Shown here piece by piece: positions 27,058 to 36,700 of a stretch of 64,000 nt of DNA. The stretch lies in the NCBI GenBank assembly GCA_964291625.2, contig OZ220089.1:2816001-2880000 (forward strand), written 5' to 3'. The stretch comes from Candidatus Latescibacterota bacterium (GTDB lineage Bacteria > Latescibacterota > UBA2968 > UBA8231). The notes under the pieces were generated by a model. The model saw only the letters and a list, made by a program, of their open reading frames with translations, had not been told where the DNA came from and ran no database searches. The position numbers and the translations under genes are program-made. Positions within the stretch are counted from its first letter, which is position 1. Every line of letters begins with the position of its first letter.

Positions 27058-29177
27058 CCGCCCCGGGATGGTCCCTGGACGGGGTCTGGCTCTGGCTCCT
27101 GCTGGTTCCGGTCCTCGCCTGGCTGGGCCGCTGGATCTACCGCCGCACCCGGCCCTCGGTCGACCCCGCCTCCGGGCGCCTCCTCTGGATCCTGCGGGGC
27201 TCGGCCCTGGCCCTGATCCTCCTTGTGCTCGCCGAGCCGCTGCTCTCCTGGTTTGCCAGGAGCGCCCGCCGGCCGGTGGTCGTCGCCCTCCTCGACACCA
27301 GCGCCTCCATGAACGTCGTCGAGCAGGGGAGCAGCCGCCTCCACCGGGCCGCGGAGGTCCTCGGCGGCGGCCTGCGGGAGGATCTGCGCGACGCCGTGGT
27401 GCGCGGGTTCTCCGGGCGTCCCTATCCCCTCTCTCTCGACACCCTCTCCCGGGTCGCCGCCGCCGGCTGGTCCACCGACCTCGCTGCCGCCCTGGTCTCC
27501 GCCGAGGACGCCGTCCCCGGGGGCCGAACCCTGGGGGGCGTGCTGCTGATCTCCGACGGGCGCCACAATCTCGGGGAGGACCCCGCCGCCGTGGCCGCCG
27601 CCCTCGGCGTGCCCGTCCACGCTCTTGGCACCGGTTCCGGCGAGCCGGCGGCGGACGTGCAGCTCCTCTCCGCCGCGGCCCCCGACGCCGCCTTCGCGGG
27701 GCGCCCCGTCCGCCTGCGTCTCTCCCTGCGCAGCTGGGGATACCAGGGGCAGGCGGCGCAGGTGAGCGTCTCCACCGAGGAGAAGGAGCTCGTCCGCTCC
27801 CGGGTCGTTCTCGGCGCCGACGGCCAGGTGCTGCCCGCCGACCTCGAGTTGCCGCCCCTCGCCGCGGGTCCGCACCTGCTCACGGTCGCCGTCGGCGGCC
27901 TCGGCGGTGAGGTGACCGCGCAGAACAACCGCCGGCTCCTGTCCCTGCACCTGCGCCGGGACCGCCTTCGCGTCCTCCTCGCCGCGGGAGGTCCCGGCGC
28001 CGAGGCCGCCTTCCTGCGGCGCGCCCTGGCCGCCGACTCCTCCCTGCAGGTGACCGCCCGCATCCGGCGGGACGACCGCTCCTTCTACGGCGGCGGGCCC
28101 CTCCCCGGGAGCCTGGAGGGCTGGGACTGCCTGGTCCTGGTCGATCCGGACGCGGATCTGGCTGGCGCTCTCGGCGGCCTCGAGGGATTCCTGCGCTCGG
28201 GGCGAGGGCTTCTCGTCCTCGCCGGGTCCCGCTTGCTGCGCGCTCCCGGGCCGCTGGAGCGCCTGCTGCCCCTCTCCTGGGACCGGCCCCCCGTCATCGA
28301 GGTCACCGGAGATCCCGTGGAGGCGGCTGCCGAGGGCCGCGGCCATCCCCTGGGCCGGTTGCTCGCACAGACGACCGCCGCCGGGGACTCCTGGCGCGGC
28401 TGGCCGCCCCTGGCGGGCACCCTCCGGGCGGGCCGTCCGGGGCCCGGGTCCCGCCTGCTGCTGCGCACATCGGCGGGGGACCCGGTGCTGGTGGCCGGCT
28501 CCGTGGGGCCCGGCCGGGTGCTGGTGGCCGCCGGCACCGGCTTCTGGCGCCTGGATCTGCTCGCCGCCGGCCTCGGCGAGCAGGCGCGGAGCCTGCGCGC
28601 CTTCTGGCCCGCCGCCGTCCGCTGGCTGGCCGCCGCCTCGGCGGAGGGCCGGGTCCGCTCCTCCCCGGAGAGTCCCGTGTACCGCGCCGGCGAGCCCGCC
28701 GCGGTGGTGGCCGAGGTCTACGACGAGCTCAACCAGCCCGTCGATTCGGCCCGCGTCGCCATCCGCCTGGCGCCCGGCGGCCGGGAGTCGGCCATGGAGC
28801 CGGCAGGGGCCGGCCGCTTCCGCGCCGCCTGGACCGGTCTGGAGGCCGGAGAATACACCTATGAGGTCGAGGCCTCCCACGGGGGGGCCGGCCTCGGCCG
28901 CTCCGGGGGGCGCTTCGTCGTCGAGAGCCACTCGGTGGAGGCCGTGGACCTGCGCGCCGACCCCGGTCTCCTGGCCGGGATCGCCGCCGTCAGCGGCGGC
29001 GAGTACCGGCCCCTGGAGGGCTGGCGGGACCTGCGCGCCCGCCTGCGCCCGCCGCCGCGGGTGGTCCCCGAGGAGCGGCGGCTGTCCGTCGAGGTCGACC
29101 AGTACCTGTGGCTGTCGCTGGCCGCCCTTTTGCTTGCTGGGGAGTGGGTGATCCGCAAGCGAGGAGGGATGCTGTGA
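27054..29177 (+). CDS. Membrane-anchored VWA-domain protein
   Basis: N-terminal TMs, MIDAS LLDTSASM, LLISDGRHN; C-terminal LLAGEWVIRKRGG. Confidence 0.8.
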   Translation: MTAPGWSLDGVWLWLLLVPVLAWLGRWIYRRTRPSVDPASGRLLWILRGSALALILLVLAEPLLSWFARSARRPVVVALLDTSASMNVVEQGSSRLHRAAEVLGGGLREDLRDAVVRGFSGRPYPLSLDTLSRVAAAGWSTDLAAALVSAEDAVPGGRTLGGVLLISDGRHNLGEDPAAVAAALGVPVHALGTGSGEPAADVQLLSAAAPDAAFAGRPVRLRLSLRSWGYQGQAAQVSVSTEEKELVRSRVVLGADGQVLPADLELPPLAAGPHLLTVAVGGLGGEVTAQNNRRLLSLHLRRDRLRVLLAAGGPGAEAAFLRRALAADSSLQVTARIRRDDRSFYGGGPLPGSLEGWDCLVLVDPDADLAGALGGLEGFLRSGRGLLVLAGSRLLRAPGPLERLLPLSWDRPPVIEVTGDPVEAAAEGRGHPLGRLLAQTTAAGDSWRGWPPLAGTLRAGRPGPGSRLLLRTSAGDPVLVAGSVGPGRVLVAAGTGFWRLDLLAAGLGEQARSLRAFWPAAVRWLAAASAEGRVRSSPESPVYRAGEPAAVVAEVYDELNQPVDSARVAIRLAPGGRESAMEPAGAGRFRAAWTGLEAGEYTYEVEASHGGAGLGRSGGRFVVESHSVEAVDLRADPGLLAGIAAVSGGEYRPLEGWRDLRARLRPPPRVVPEERRLSVEVDQYLWLSLAALLLAGEWVIRKRGGML

Positions 29178-30049
29178 CCGCACGGGTTGTCTCAACGCGC
29201 CGGCTCCGCCCTACGGCCGCCGCTCTCCTGGCCGTCCTCTGGGGCCAGGCCGCGCCCGCGCCGGCGCGGGTGATTGTGAGCGAGGTCCTGGCCGATCCCG
29301 CCGGCAGCGAGCACCACGAGGAGTTCGTGGAGCTGCGCAACACCGGCGCCGAGTCCGTCGACCTGGCGGGTTGGCGCCTCGGCGACGCCCACGAGCTGGA
29401 CGCCCTCGTCGACGCCGGCTCCGGCACCCGCCTGGCCCCCGGGGCCTTCGCCGTCGTGGTCGACGGCAGCTATGGCGGCAACTCCGCGGCCTACGACTCG
29501 GTGCAAAGGTGGGCAGGAATCCTTACTATTGAGGACAGGTCCTTCGGCCGCGCCGGTTGGTCCAACTCCGCTCCCGAGACGGTCCTCCTGCGCGATGCCC
29601 ACGGCGCCTTGGCCGACTCTTTCACCTACGATCCCTCCGAGGGGATCGCCGGCCACTCCTGGGAGCGCCAGGGCGGGGAGCCGCCCGCCTGGCGGGTCTC
29701 CTACCTCGCCGGCGGCACCCCCGGGCGGGCCAACAGCGTCGACCAGGCGCCGGCCGCCGGCGGCCTCATCCAGATCGAGGCCCGGCCCGACCTCTTCGGC
29801 GGCCGCTTGGAGTTGCTGTGCCGCCTCCCCGCGGCGCCGGCCCTGCTGGCGGTCACGCTCTTCGATGCCGAGGGACGCCGGGTGGCGCGGCTCTCCGACT
29901 GGCGCCCTGCCGCCATCGAGACGCGCCTGGCCTGGGACGGACTCGACGCCCGCGGGAGTCCCGCCGCCCCGGGGCTGTACGTGGTCTTTGCGCAGGCGAG
30001 CGCCGGTGGCCGCATCGCCGGCGGCAAGCGGGTCGTGACCCGGCGCTGA
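29174..30049 (+). CDS. Lamin-tail-domain secreted protein with FlgD-like C-terminus
   Basis: IVSEVLADP...EFVELRNTG..VDLAGWRLGD; GGTPGRANS; WDGLD...PGLYVV. Confidence 0.8.
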   Translation: MTARVVSTRRLRPTAAALLAVLWGQAAPAPARVIVSEVLADPAGSEHHEEFVELRNTGAESVDLAGWRLGDAHELDALVDAGSGTRLAPGAFAVVVDGSYGGNSAAYDSVQRWAGILTIEDRSFGRAGWSNSAPETVLLRDAHGALADSFTYDPSEGIAGHSWERQGGEPPAWRVSYLAGGTPGRANSVDQAPAAGGLIQIEARPDLFGGRLELLCRLPAAPALLAVTLFDAEGRRVARLSDWRPAAIETRLAWDGLDARGSPAAPGLYVVFAQASAGGRIAGGKRVVTRR

Positions 30050-30132
30050 AGCACCCTGGGAGGCCCTCCCCCGGTCCTCCTTCGTTCCCCTTGCCAAAGG
30101 TCCCGTCCATCCGGGGCGAGCAGGGCATCCAC

Positions 30133-32598
30133 ATGGCCGAACGCCCAGATCCCCTCGTGGCCAGGAACAAGGGCTTCCACATCACCGGTGTGGTGCTGGT
30201 CGCGCTGGCCGCCTTCCTGGTGCTGAGCCTGGCCACCCACAGTCCCCAGGACCCGCCCAACTCGAGCCAGGCCGGCCAACCCGCCATGAACCGCGCCGGG
30301 TGGCTCGGCGCCCACGTCTCCTACGGTCTGCTCACCGCCGTCGGCTACGCCGCCTACGTCCTGCCCCTCCTCTCCGTGCTGTGGGCCTGGAACCGTTTCC
30401 GCCGCGGCCCGTGGAAGCCGTACGCCGCCCGTTCCCTCGGCATCGCCGGCATCGCCCTCTTCCTCTGTGTCGGTTCCGGCCTTCCCGACTGGTCCCGGTA
30501 CACCGCCTTCGAGTGGGGGGGGTGGCTCGGCACCTGGACCAGCGCCGCCGTGCTCGTCCCCTTCACCGGGCGGATCGGCTCCGCCATCCTGCTCATCGGC
30601 CTCCTCGGGGTCTCCCTGGTGCTGGCCACCGACATCGATCCCCGTCGCTGGGCGCAGGCATGGGCCGAGTGGCGCCGCCGCCGCCGCAGTCGCCGGCCCC
30701 GGGAAGAAGTGGAACAAGACCTCTGGGAGGAGGAGCCGTCGGAACCCCTCGAGGGGTCCGGACGTCCCCCGGCTGCCGGCGAGGAGGGGCCGGGAAGGGA
30801 GTCGCCGATGGCGGTCTCCATGGACCCGCCCCCGGAGCGCCCGGCACCTTCGCCGCCCCCGGAGGAGCCGCAGGAGCCCGAAGCGCCGGGGAGGCCCGTG
30901 GCGCTCATGGAGGCGGATCCCGTGCAGGAGGTCGTCCCTCCGGAGGACGGCGCCGCGCAGGATCCGCCCCTCCCGGTGGTGGAGGAGCCTCCGCCTTCGC
31001 GGCGGGTCCGCAACGGGTCCGCGGGCAACGGCCGTTCGCGCTCGGCACGTCCTGGCCCTGTCCCCGGGGGCGAGTCTCCGGAGTCCGGGGATTCCGCTGC
31101 CGGGGGCGCCGCGGCCAGGCCCCGCCCCCGGATCCGCCGCTACCGGCCCCCCGGTACGAAGCTGCTGGATCCGGTGCCGGCCGACCGCGGGCAGGTCGAC
31201 CGCGAGACCCTGCTCGAGAACGCCCGCGTCCTGCAGGAGGCGATGGCCAACTTCGACGTCATGGGGAAGGTCGTGGAGGTCAGCCCCGGTCCGGTGGTGA
31301 CGCGCTACGAGGTGGAACCCGCCGCCGGCGTCAAGGTGGGGCGCATCTCGGCCCTGGCCGACGATCTCGCCCGGGTCATGAGCGCCGAGGGGATCCGCAT
31401 CCAGGCCCCGGTGCCCGGCAAGTCCGTCGTCGGGGTGGAGATCGCCAACCACGGCCGCGAGACCGTCTACCTCCGCGAGATCGTCGAGTCCCGCGCCTTC
31501 CGCCGGGACGATTCCGAGCTCGCCATGGCCCTCGGCAAGACCATCTCCGGCGAGACCTACGTCACCGACCTGGCCAGGATGCCCCACCTGCTGGTGGCCG
31601 GCGCCACCGGGTCGGGCAAGAGCGTCTGCATCAACACCCTGATCTGCAGCCTCCTGCTGCGCGCCTCGCCCGACGAGGTCCGCCTCCTGATGGTCGATCC
31701 CAAGGTCGTGGAGCTGACCATCTACAACGACATCCCCCACCTCCTGGTGCCGGTCATCACCGAGCCGAAGAAGGCCGCCGAGGCCCTGCGCTGGGCCGTG
31801 GCCGAGATGGAGGCCCGCTACCAGCTGCTGGCCCGGATGGCGGTGCGCAATCTCGCCGACTACAACGCCAAGGTGGAGCGCATTCTCGCCGAAGGGGACG
31901 GCGCCGAGGGTACCGCCGAGGGCGAGGAAGTGCGCAAGCTCCCCTACATCGTCATCGTCATCGATGAGTTCGCCGACCTCATGCTGACCGCTCCCGCCGA
32001 CGTGGAGGCCTCGCTCATGGGCCTGGCCCAGAAGTCCCGGGCCGTGGGCATCCACATCATCCTCGCCACCCAGCGCCCCTCGGTGAACGTCATCACCGGC
32101 GTCATCAAGGCCAACTTCCCATCGCGCATCGCCTTCCTCGTCGCCTCCAAGACCGATTCGCGCACGATCCTCGACATGAACGGCGCCGAGCGCCTCCTGG
32201 GCCGCGGCGACATGCTCTTCCTGCGCAGCGGCCATGGCGAGCCGATCCGCATCCACGGCGCCTTCATCTCCGGCGAGGAGACCGAGCGCCTCGTGGAGCA
32301 GATCCGCAACAGCGGCTACCAGGCCGAGGAGGTGCAGGTGTTCTCCGCCCGCGGCGGCTCGGGGGAGGACGCCGGCGACCGGGACGAGCTCTTCGACGAG
32401 GCCGTCGCCATCGTGCTGGAGTCCAAGCAGGCGAGCACCTCCTACCTGCAGCGGCGCATGAAGGTGGGTTACTCCCGGGCCGCCCGGCTCATGGACGAGC
32501 TCGAGCTCGCCGGCATCGTCGGGCCCGCCGAGGGGGCCAGGCCGAGGCGCATCCTCGCCGAGGGCGGAGGCGACCCGGCCGACGAGGAGGCTTCGTGA
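30133..32598 (+). CDS. ftsK: DNA translocase FtsK
   Basis: N-terminal TMs, Pro-rich linker, HLLVAGATGSGKS, DEFADLM, ATQRPSV, gamma domain VGYSRAAR. Confidence 0.96.
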   Translation: MAERPDPLVARNKGFHITGVVLVALAAFLVLSLATHSPQDPPNSSQAGQPAMNRAGWLGAHVSYGLLTAVGYAAYVLPLLSVLWAWNRFRRGPWKPYAARSLGIAGIALFLCVGSGLPDWSRYTAFEWGGWLGTWTSAAVLVPFTGRIGSAILLIGLLGVSLVLATDIDPRRWAQAWAEWRRRRRSRRPREEVEQDLWEEEPSEPLEGSGRPPAAGEEGPGRESPMAVSMDPPPERPAPSPPPEEPQEPEAPGRPVALMEADPVQEVVPPEDGAAQDPPLPVVEEPPPSRRVRNGSAGNGRSRSARPGPVPGGESPESGDSAAGGAAARPRPRIRRYRPPGTKLLDPVPADRGQVDRETLLENARVLQEAMANFDVMGKVVEVSPGPVVTRYEVEPAAGVKVGRISALADDLARVMSAEGIRIQAPVPGKSVVGVEIANHGRETVYLREIVESRAFRRDDSELAMALGKTISGETYVTDLARMPHLLVAGATGSGKSVCINTLICSLLLRASPDEVRLLMVDPKVVELTIYNDIPHLLVPVITEPKKAAEALRWAVAEMEARYQLLARMAVRNLADYNAKVERILAEGDGAEGTAEGEEVRKLPYIVIVIDEFADLMLTAPADVEASLMGLAQKSRAVGIHIILATQRPSVNVITGVIKANFPSRIAFLVASKTDSRTILDMNGAERLLGRGDMLFLRSGHGEPIRIHGAFISGEETERLVEQIRNSGYQAEEVQVFSARGGSGEDAGDRDELFDEAVAIVLESKQASTSYLQRRMKVGYSRAARLMDELELAGIVGPAEGARPRRILAEGGGDPADEEAS

Positions 32599-33260
32599 GG
32601 GTTGCGCCCTTCCTGTTGGCCGTGGTCCTGGCCGCCCCGTGGCCGCCCTCGCCCGCCGCGGCCGTCACCGGCGACGAGATCATGGAGCGGGTCCGCGACC
32701 GTTTCGCCAGGGCCCGCACCTACGAGGCCCGCTTCGAGAAGCGGTTCTACTGGGCCGTCCTCGACAAGCGCGCCACCCGTCAGGGGCGGATCTATACCCA
32801 CCGGCCGGGGCGTTTCCGCGTGCAGCTCGAGGGCGGCGACCTCGTCGTCGCCGACGGCGAGGCGATCTGGGCCTACAGCAGGACCAACGAGCAGGTCATC
32901 GTCTCCCCCTACGACGGGGGGGTGCTGCGGACGCCGTGGGAGGTCCTCGTCGAGTACGCGGACGGCTACCGTCCCGTCGCCGTGGAGCGCACCGACCTCG
33001 ACGGCCGCGAGGTCTACATGCTGACCCTGCAGCCCACGGAGGATGTGCCTCCCGCCCTCCGGCTCAAGCGCATGCGCCTGTGGGTGGAGGAGAGAGGCTG
33101 GCGTCTGCTGCGCATCGAGCAGGTCGAGCCCAACGACGACGTGAGCACCTTCATCCTCAGCGGCCACCGCCGGGACGGCCGCCTCGACGACGACCTCTTC
33201 CGCTTCACTCCTCCCGAGGGCACCGAGATCATCGACCGCCGGCCCGCGGTCGAACCCTAG
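32595..33260 (+). CDS. lolA: Outer-membrane lipoprotein carrier LolA
   Basis: Signal peptide; RPGRFR, VADGEAIW, FRFTPPEG; conserved position after ftsK. Confidence 0.85.
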   Translation: MRVAPFLLAVVLAAPWPPSPAAAVTGDEIMERVRDRFARARTYEARFEKRFYWAVLDKRATRQGRIYTHRPGRFRVQLEGGDLVVADGEAIWAYSRTNEQVIVSPYDGGVLRTPWEVLVEYADGYRPVAVERTDLDGREVYMLTLQPTEDVPPALRLKRMRLWVEERGWRLLRIEQVEPNDDVSTFILSGHRRDGRLDDDLFRFTPPEGTEIIDRRPAVEP

Positions 33261-33262
33261 AG

Positions 33263-34987
33263 ATGACCCTCCTCCGCCGGTCCCTCCTGGCCGCGGGCGC
33301 CGCCGTTCTCCTCCTTCCCGCCGGCGCCGCCGCCGAGCCCCTCTGGGTGTTCTTCGCCGACAAGCCCGGCGGCCTCGGCGAGGCCCTCGTCTGGCCCGAG
33401 CCCCGCCGCGTCCGCCCCGGACCCACCCTCGACGCCGGTCTCGACCGCCGCTACACCGCCGCCGTCGAGGCCCTCGGCCTGAGGGTTCGCGCCCGTTCGC
33501 GCTGGTTCAATGCCGTGAGCGTCGACGCCGGCCCGGGTCAGGCGGAGAGCCTGCGCGGCCTCTCCTTCGTGCGCGAGGTGCGCCCCGTGGGCCGCTGGCG
33601 CCGGCCCTCCCCGGCCTGGCCCGCGGAGCCCCCGCCCGGGCGCCTCGCTCCGCGCCTGGCCGACCTCGATTACGGTCCCTCCCTGGCGCAGGTGGCCGCC
33701 GTCGACGTCCCCCTCCTCCACTCCCGCGGCCTCCTCGGCGAGGGGGTGCGCGTCGCCCTCATCGACGCCGGTTTCAACTGGACCGCCCACGCCGCCTTCG
33801 CCGGCCTGAGGGTGGCCGCCGCCCGCGACTTCATCAACGGCGACGACGAGGTCGGCGACGAGTCCGGACAGCCGGTCACCGGGGATGAGGCCGCCCATGG
33901 GCAGAACCTCCATGGCACCGGCGTCCTCGGGGTCATCGCCGGCAACGACCCCGGCCGCCTGATCGGGGTGGCGCCGGCCGCCGAGTACCTGCTGGCCAAG
34001 ACCGAGGACGTCACGCCCTCCGAGGGCGGCGTGGCGAGGGAGCTGCCCATCGAGGAGGATCGCTGGGTCGCCGCCATCGAGTGGGCCGACAGCCTCGGCG
34101 CCCGCGTGGTCAACGCCTCGGTCGGCTATACCCGCTTCGATGACGGCACCGGGTACGACTGGGAGGACCTGGACGGGGCCACCGCCCTCACCAGCCGCGC
34201 CGCCGAGCTCGCCGTGGCCCGCGGCATCGTCGTCGTCGCCGCCGCCGGCAACGAGGCCCTTGGCGACTGGCGCTACGTCACCGTGCCCGCCGACGCCCCC
34301 GGGGTCATCGCCGTCGGTTCGGTGCACCCCTGGAGCGGGGAGATCGCCGCCACCAGCTCCCGCGGCCCCACGGCGGACGGTCGCATCAAGCCCGATGTCG
34401 TCGCCCCGGGCCAGGGGGTCGTCACCGTCTCCGGCCGCGCCGCCGCCGCGGGCTCGGAACCGTTCTCGGTGCGCGAGTACTCCCAGGTCTCCGGCACCTC
34501 CTACGCCGCCCCCATCGCCGCCGGCGTCTGCGCCCTGCTGCTGCAGCAGCATCCCGACTGGACCCCCGAGGACGTGGCCTCCGCCCTGCGCTCCACCGCC
34601 GTCGACCTCGGCCCGGCGGGGCCGGACACCCTCTACGGCTGGGGGCGAGTCGACGCCGCCCGGGCCAGCGGCCTGGAGGCTCCGAGGCCAGGGGCCAGCG
34701 CCGCCTTCGCGCCCTTCCCCAACCCCGCCCGCGGCCTCTCTCCCACCGTCCACTTCCCCGTCGACCTCGCCGGGGCCGAAAGCCTCTCCCTGCGCCTCTT
34801 CGACGCCGCCGGCGCCCTGGTCCATGTCATCGACCGGCGCCGCCTGCCCGCCGGGACCTATCACCTCCCGGGGCTCGCCCTCTCCTGGGAGGTGGGCGGC
34901 GACTTCGCCTCCGGCGTCTACTACTACCGCCTGGAGGGCGACTCCTTCCGCCGCACCGGCAAGATCGCCGTCCTGCGCGGGCTCTGA
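33263..34987 (+). CDS. Secreted S8 (subtilisin-like) serine peptidase with C-terminal sorting-type domain
   Basis: VALIDAG, HGTGV, AAGNE, SGTSYAAP triad; PFPNP...SGVYYYRL C-terminus. Confidence 0.92.
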   Translation: MTLLRRSLLAAGAAVLLLPAGAAAEPLWVFFADKPGGLGEALVWPEPRRVRPGPTLDAGLDRRYTAAVEALGLRVRARSRWFNAVSVDAGPGQAESLRGLSFVREVRPVGRWRRPSPAWPAEPPPGRLAPRLADLDYGPSLAQVAAVDVPLLHSRGLLGEGVRVALIDAGFNWTAHAAFAGLRVAAARDFINGDDEVGDESGQPVTGDEAAHGQNLHGTGVLGVIAGNDPGRLIGVAPAAEYLLAKTEDVTPSEGGVARELPIEEDRWVAAIEWADSLGARVVNASVGYTRFDDGTGYDWEDLDGATALTSRAAELAVARGIVVVAAAGNEALGDWRYVTVPADAPGVIAVGSVHPWSGEIAATSSRGPTADGRIKPDVVAPGQGVVTVSGRAAAAGSEPFSVREYSQVSGTSYAAPIAAGVCALLLQQHPDWTPEDVASALRSTAVDLGPAGPDTLYGWGRVDAARASGLEAPRPGASAAFAPFPNPARGLSPTVHFPVDLAGAESLSLRLFDAAGALVHVIDRRRLPAGTYHLPGLALSWEVGGDFASGVYYYRLEGDSFRRTGKIAVLRGL

Positions 34988-35040
34988 GAGGGCCCCCGCC
35001 CTTTGGCAGCCCTCGGGGCCGCGCCGTACCTTCTCCCGCC

Positions 35041-35586
35041 GTGAAGCAGCCCGCCGCGCCATCCCGCGACAGATACCGCAGCGAACGGCGCCAGCGCTTC
35101 GCGCGGCGAATGCGCCTGATCCGCTGGGGGGTGATCGCCGGCTGCGTGGTCGGCGGCGGCGGCGTCATGGTCTGGAGGCTCGCCAGTTTCACCGGCGGCT
35201 CGGTGGGCAAGCTCGAGGAACTGCCCGACCTGCTGGGCCGTCTCCAGAAGCCGATCCGGTGGAGCGTCCCCGAGGACGGCGGCGTCCGCTACCTGCGCTT
35301 CTTCCACGGCTATCCCGGAGAGGGCCGCAAGTTCGTCCTCGTCCGGGTCCACATGGAGGCGCGCCTCAAGATCGGCTATCCCGTCGTGCCCCGGTGCTTC
35401 GAGCTGGTCACCGACGACGGCACGCGCTACTACCCGATGTCGCGCTCGCCCATGTTCACCCGCCTCGGGGACCGCTTCCGCCTCGACCGCGACGAGACCA
35501 TCGACGAGGAGCTGCTCTTCGAGATCCCGGAGGAGGCCCGGGCCGAGAGGCTCACCTTCGAACGCTACCACGAACCCGACGACTGA
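35041..35586 (+). CDS. Hypothetical membrane-anchored protein (Ig-like, DUF4352-like)
   Basis: Single TM helix, then FELVTDDGTRY...LLFEIPEEA; promoter TTGGCA-18-TACCTT directly upstream. Confidence 0.6.
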   Translation: MKQPAAPSRDRYRSERRQRFARRMRLIRWGVIAGCVVGGGGVMVWRLASFTGGSVGKLEELPDLLGRLQKPIRWSVPEDGGVRYLRFFHGYPGEGRKFVLVRVHMEARLKIGYPVVPRCFELVTDDGTRYYPMSRSPMFTRLGDRFRLDRDETIDEELLFEIPEEARAERLTFERYHEPDD

Positions 35587-35597
35587 GGAGCGAATCC

Positions 35598-36696
35598 ATG
35601 GCCGCCAACGAAGAGATCCTGTTCGACTGCGCCGAACGGCTGGAACGGCTCCGGGGGTATCTTTGACCTCGACCAGCGCCGGCAGAGCCTGGCCGAGCTG
35701 GAGCGGCGCATGGGCCAGGGCGACTTCTGGAGCGACCGCCGCGCCGCCGAGGAGGTCTCCCGCCAGGCCCGCGGGCTGAGGGGCGTCATCGAGCCCTGGG
35801 ACGGGCTCAGGTCCCGCCTCGACGACCTCCTCGAGCTGCGCGAGCTGGCCGCCGCCGAGGAGGATGCCGGGACCCTGGCCGAGGTCGAGGCCGAGGCCGC
35901 AACCCTCGGCGGGGAGTTGGACCGCCTCGAGTTCCAGGCCATGCTCTCCGACGAGGACGACCCCAAGGACGCCATCCTCGAGATCCACCCGGGCGCCGGC
36001 GGCACCGAGGCCGCCGACTGGGCCGGCATGCTCATGCGCCTCTACGGCCGCTGGATCGAGCGCCGCGGCTTCGAGTCCGACCTCATGGACCTGCAGCCCG
36101 GCGACGAGGCCGGCGTCAAGAGCGTCACCCTCGAGATCCGCGGCCCCTACGCCTACGGCCATCTCAAGGCCGAGGCCGGCGTCCACCGCCTCGTGCGCAT
36201 CTCGCCCTTCGACGCCAACAAGCGCCGCCACACCTCCTTCGCCAGCGTCTTCGTCTACCCCGAGGTCGACGAGATCCCCGAGGTCGAGCTGCGCGAGGAG
36301 GACCTGCAGATCGACACCTACAAGGCCGGGGGCGCCGGGGGGCAGCACGTCAACAAGACCTCCTCGGCGGTGCGCATCACCCATCGGCCCACGGGGATCA
36401 CCGTGCAGTGCCAGAACGAGCGCTCCCAGATGAAGAACCGGAGCACCGCCATGAAGGTGCTGACGGCGAGGATCTACGACCATCACAAGCAGGAGGAGCG
36501 CGAGAAGATGGAGGCCGTGGAGAGCACCAAGAAGGCGATCGACTTCGGCAGCCAGATCCGCTCCTACGTCTTCCAGCCCTACACCATGGTCAAGGACCAC
36601 CGCACCGGCCACGAGTCGGCCAACGTGCAAGCCGTGATGGACGGCGACATCGACGGCTTCATCGAGGCTTTCCTCACCGCCGACCGGACGGCCTAG
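35598..36696 (+). CDS. prfB: Peptide chain release factor 2, with programmed +1 frameshift
   Basis: ATG 35598 (SD GAGGAG) runs to GGGGG-TAT-CTT-TGA-C at 35653-35667; the +1 frame holds SPF and GGQ motifs. Confidence 0.97.
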
Positions 36697-36700
36697 GGCC

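Noticed and set aside
35598-35709. prfB as a frameshifted pseudogene
   Set aside because: Canonical programmed frameshift site
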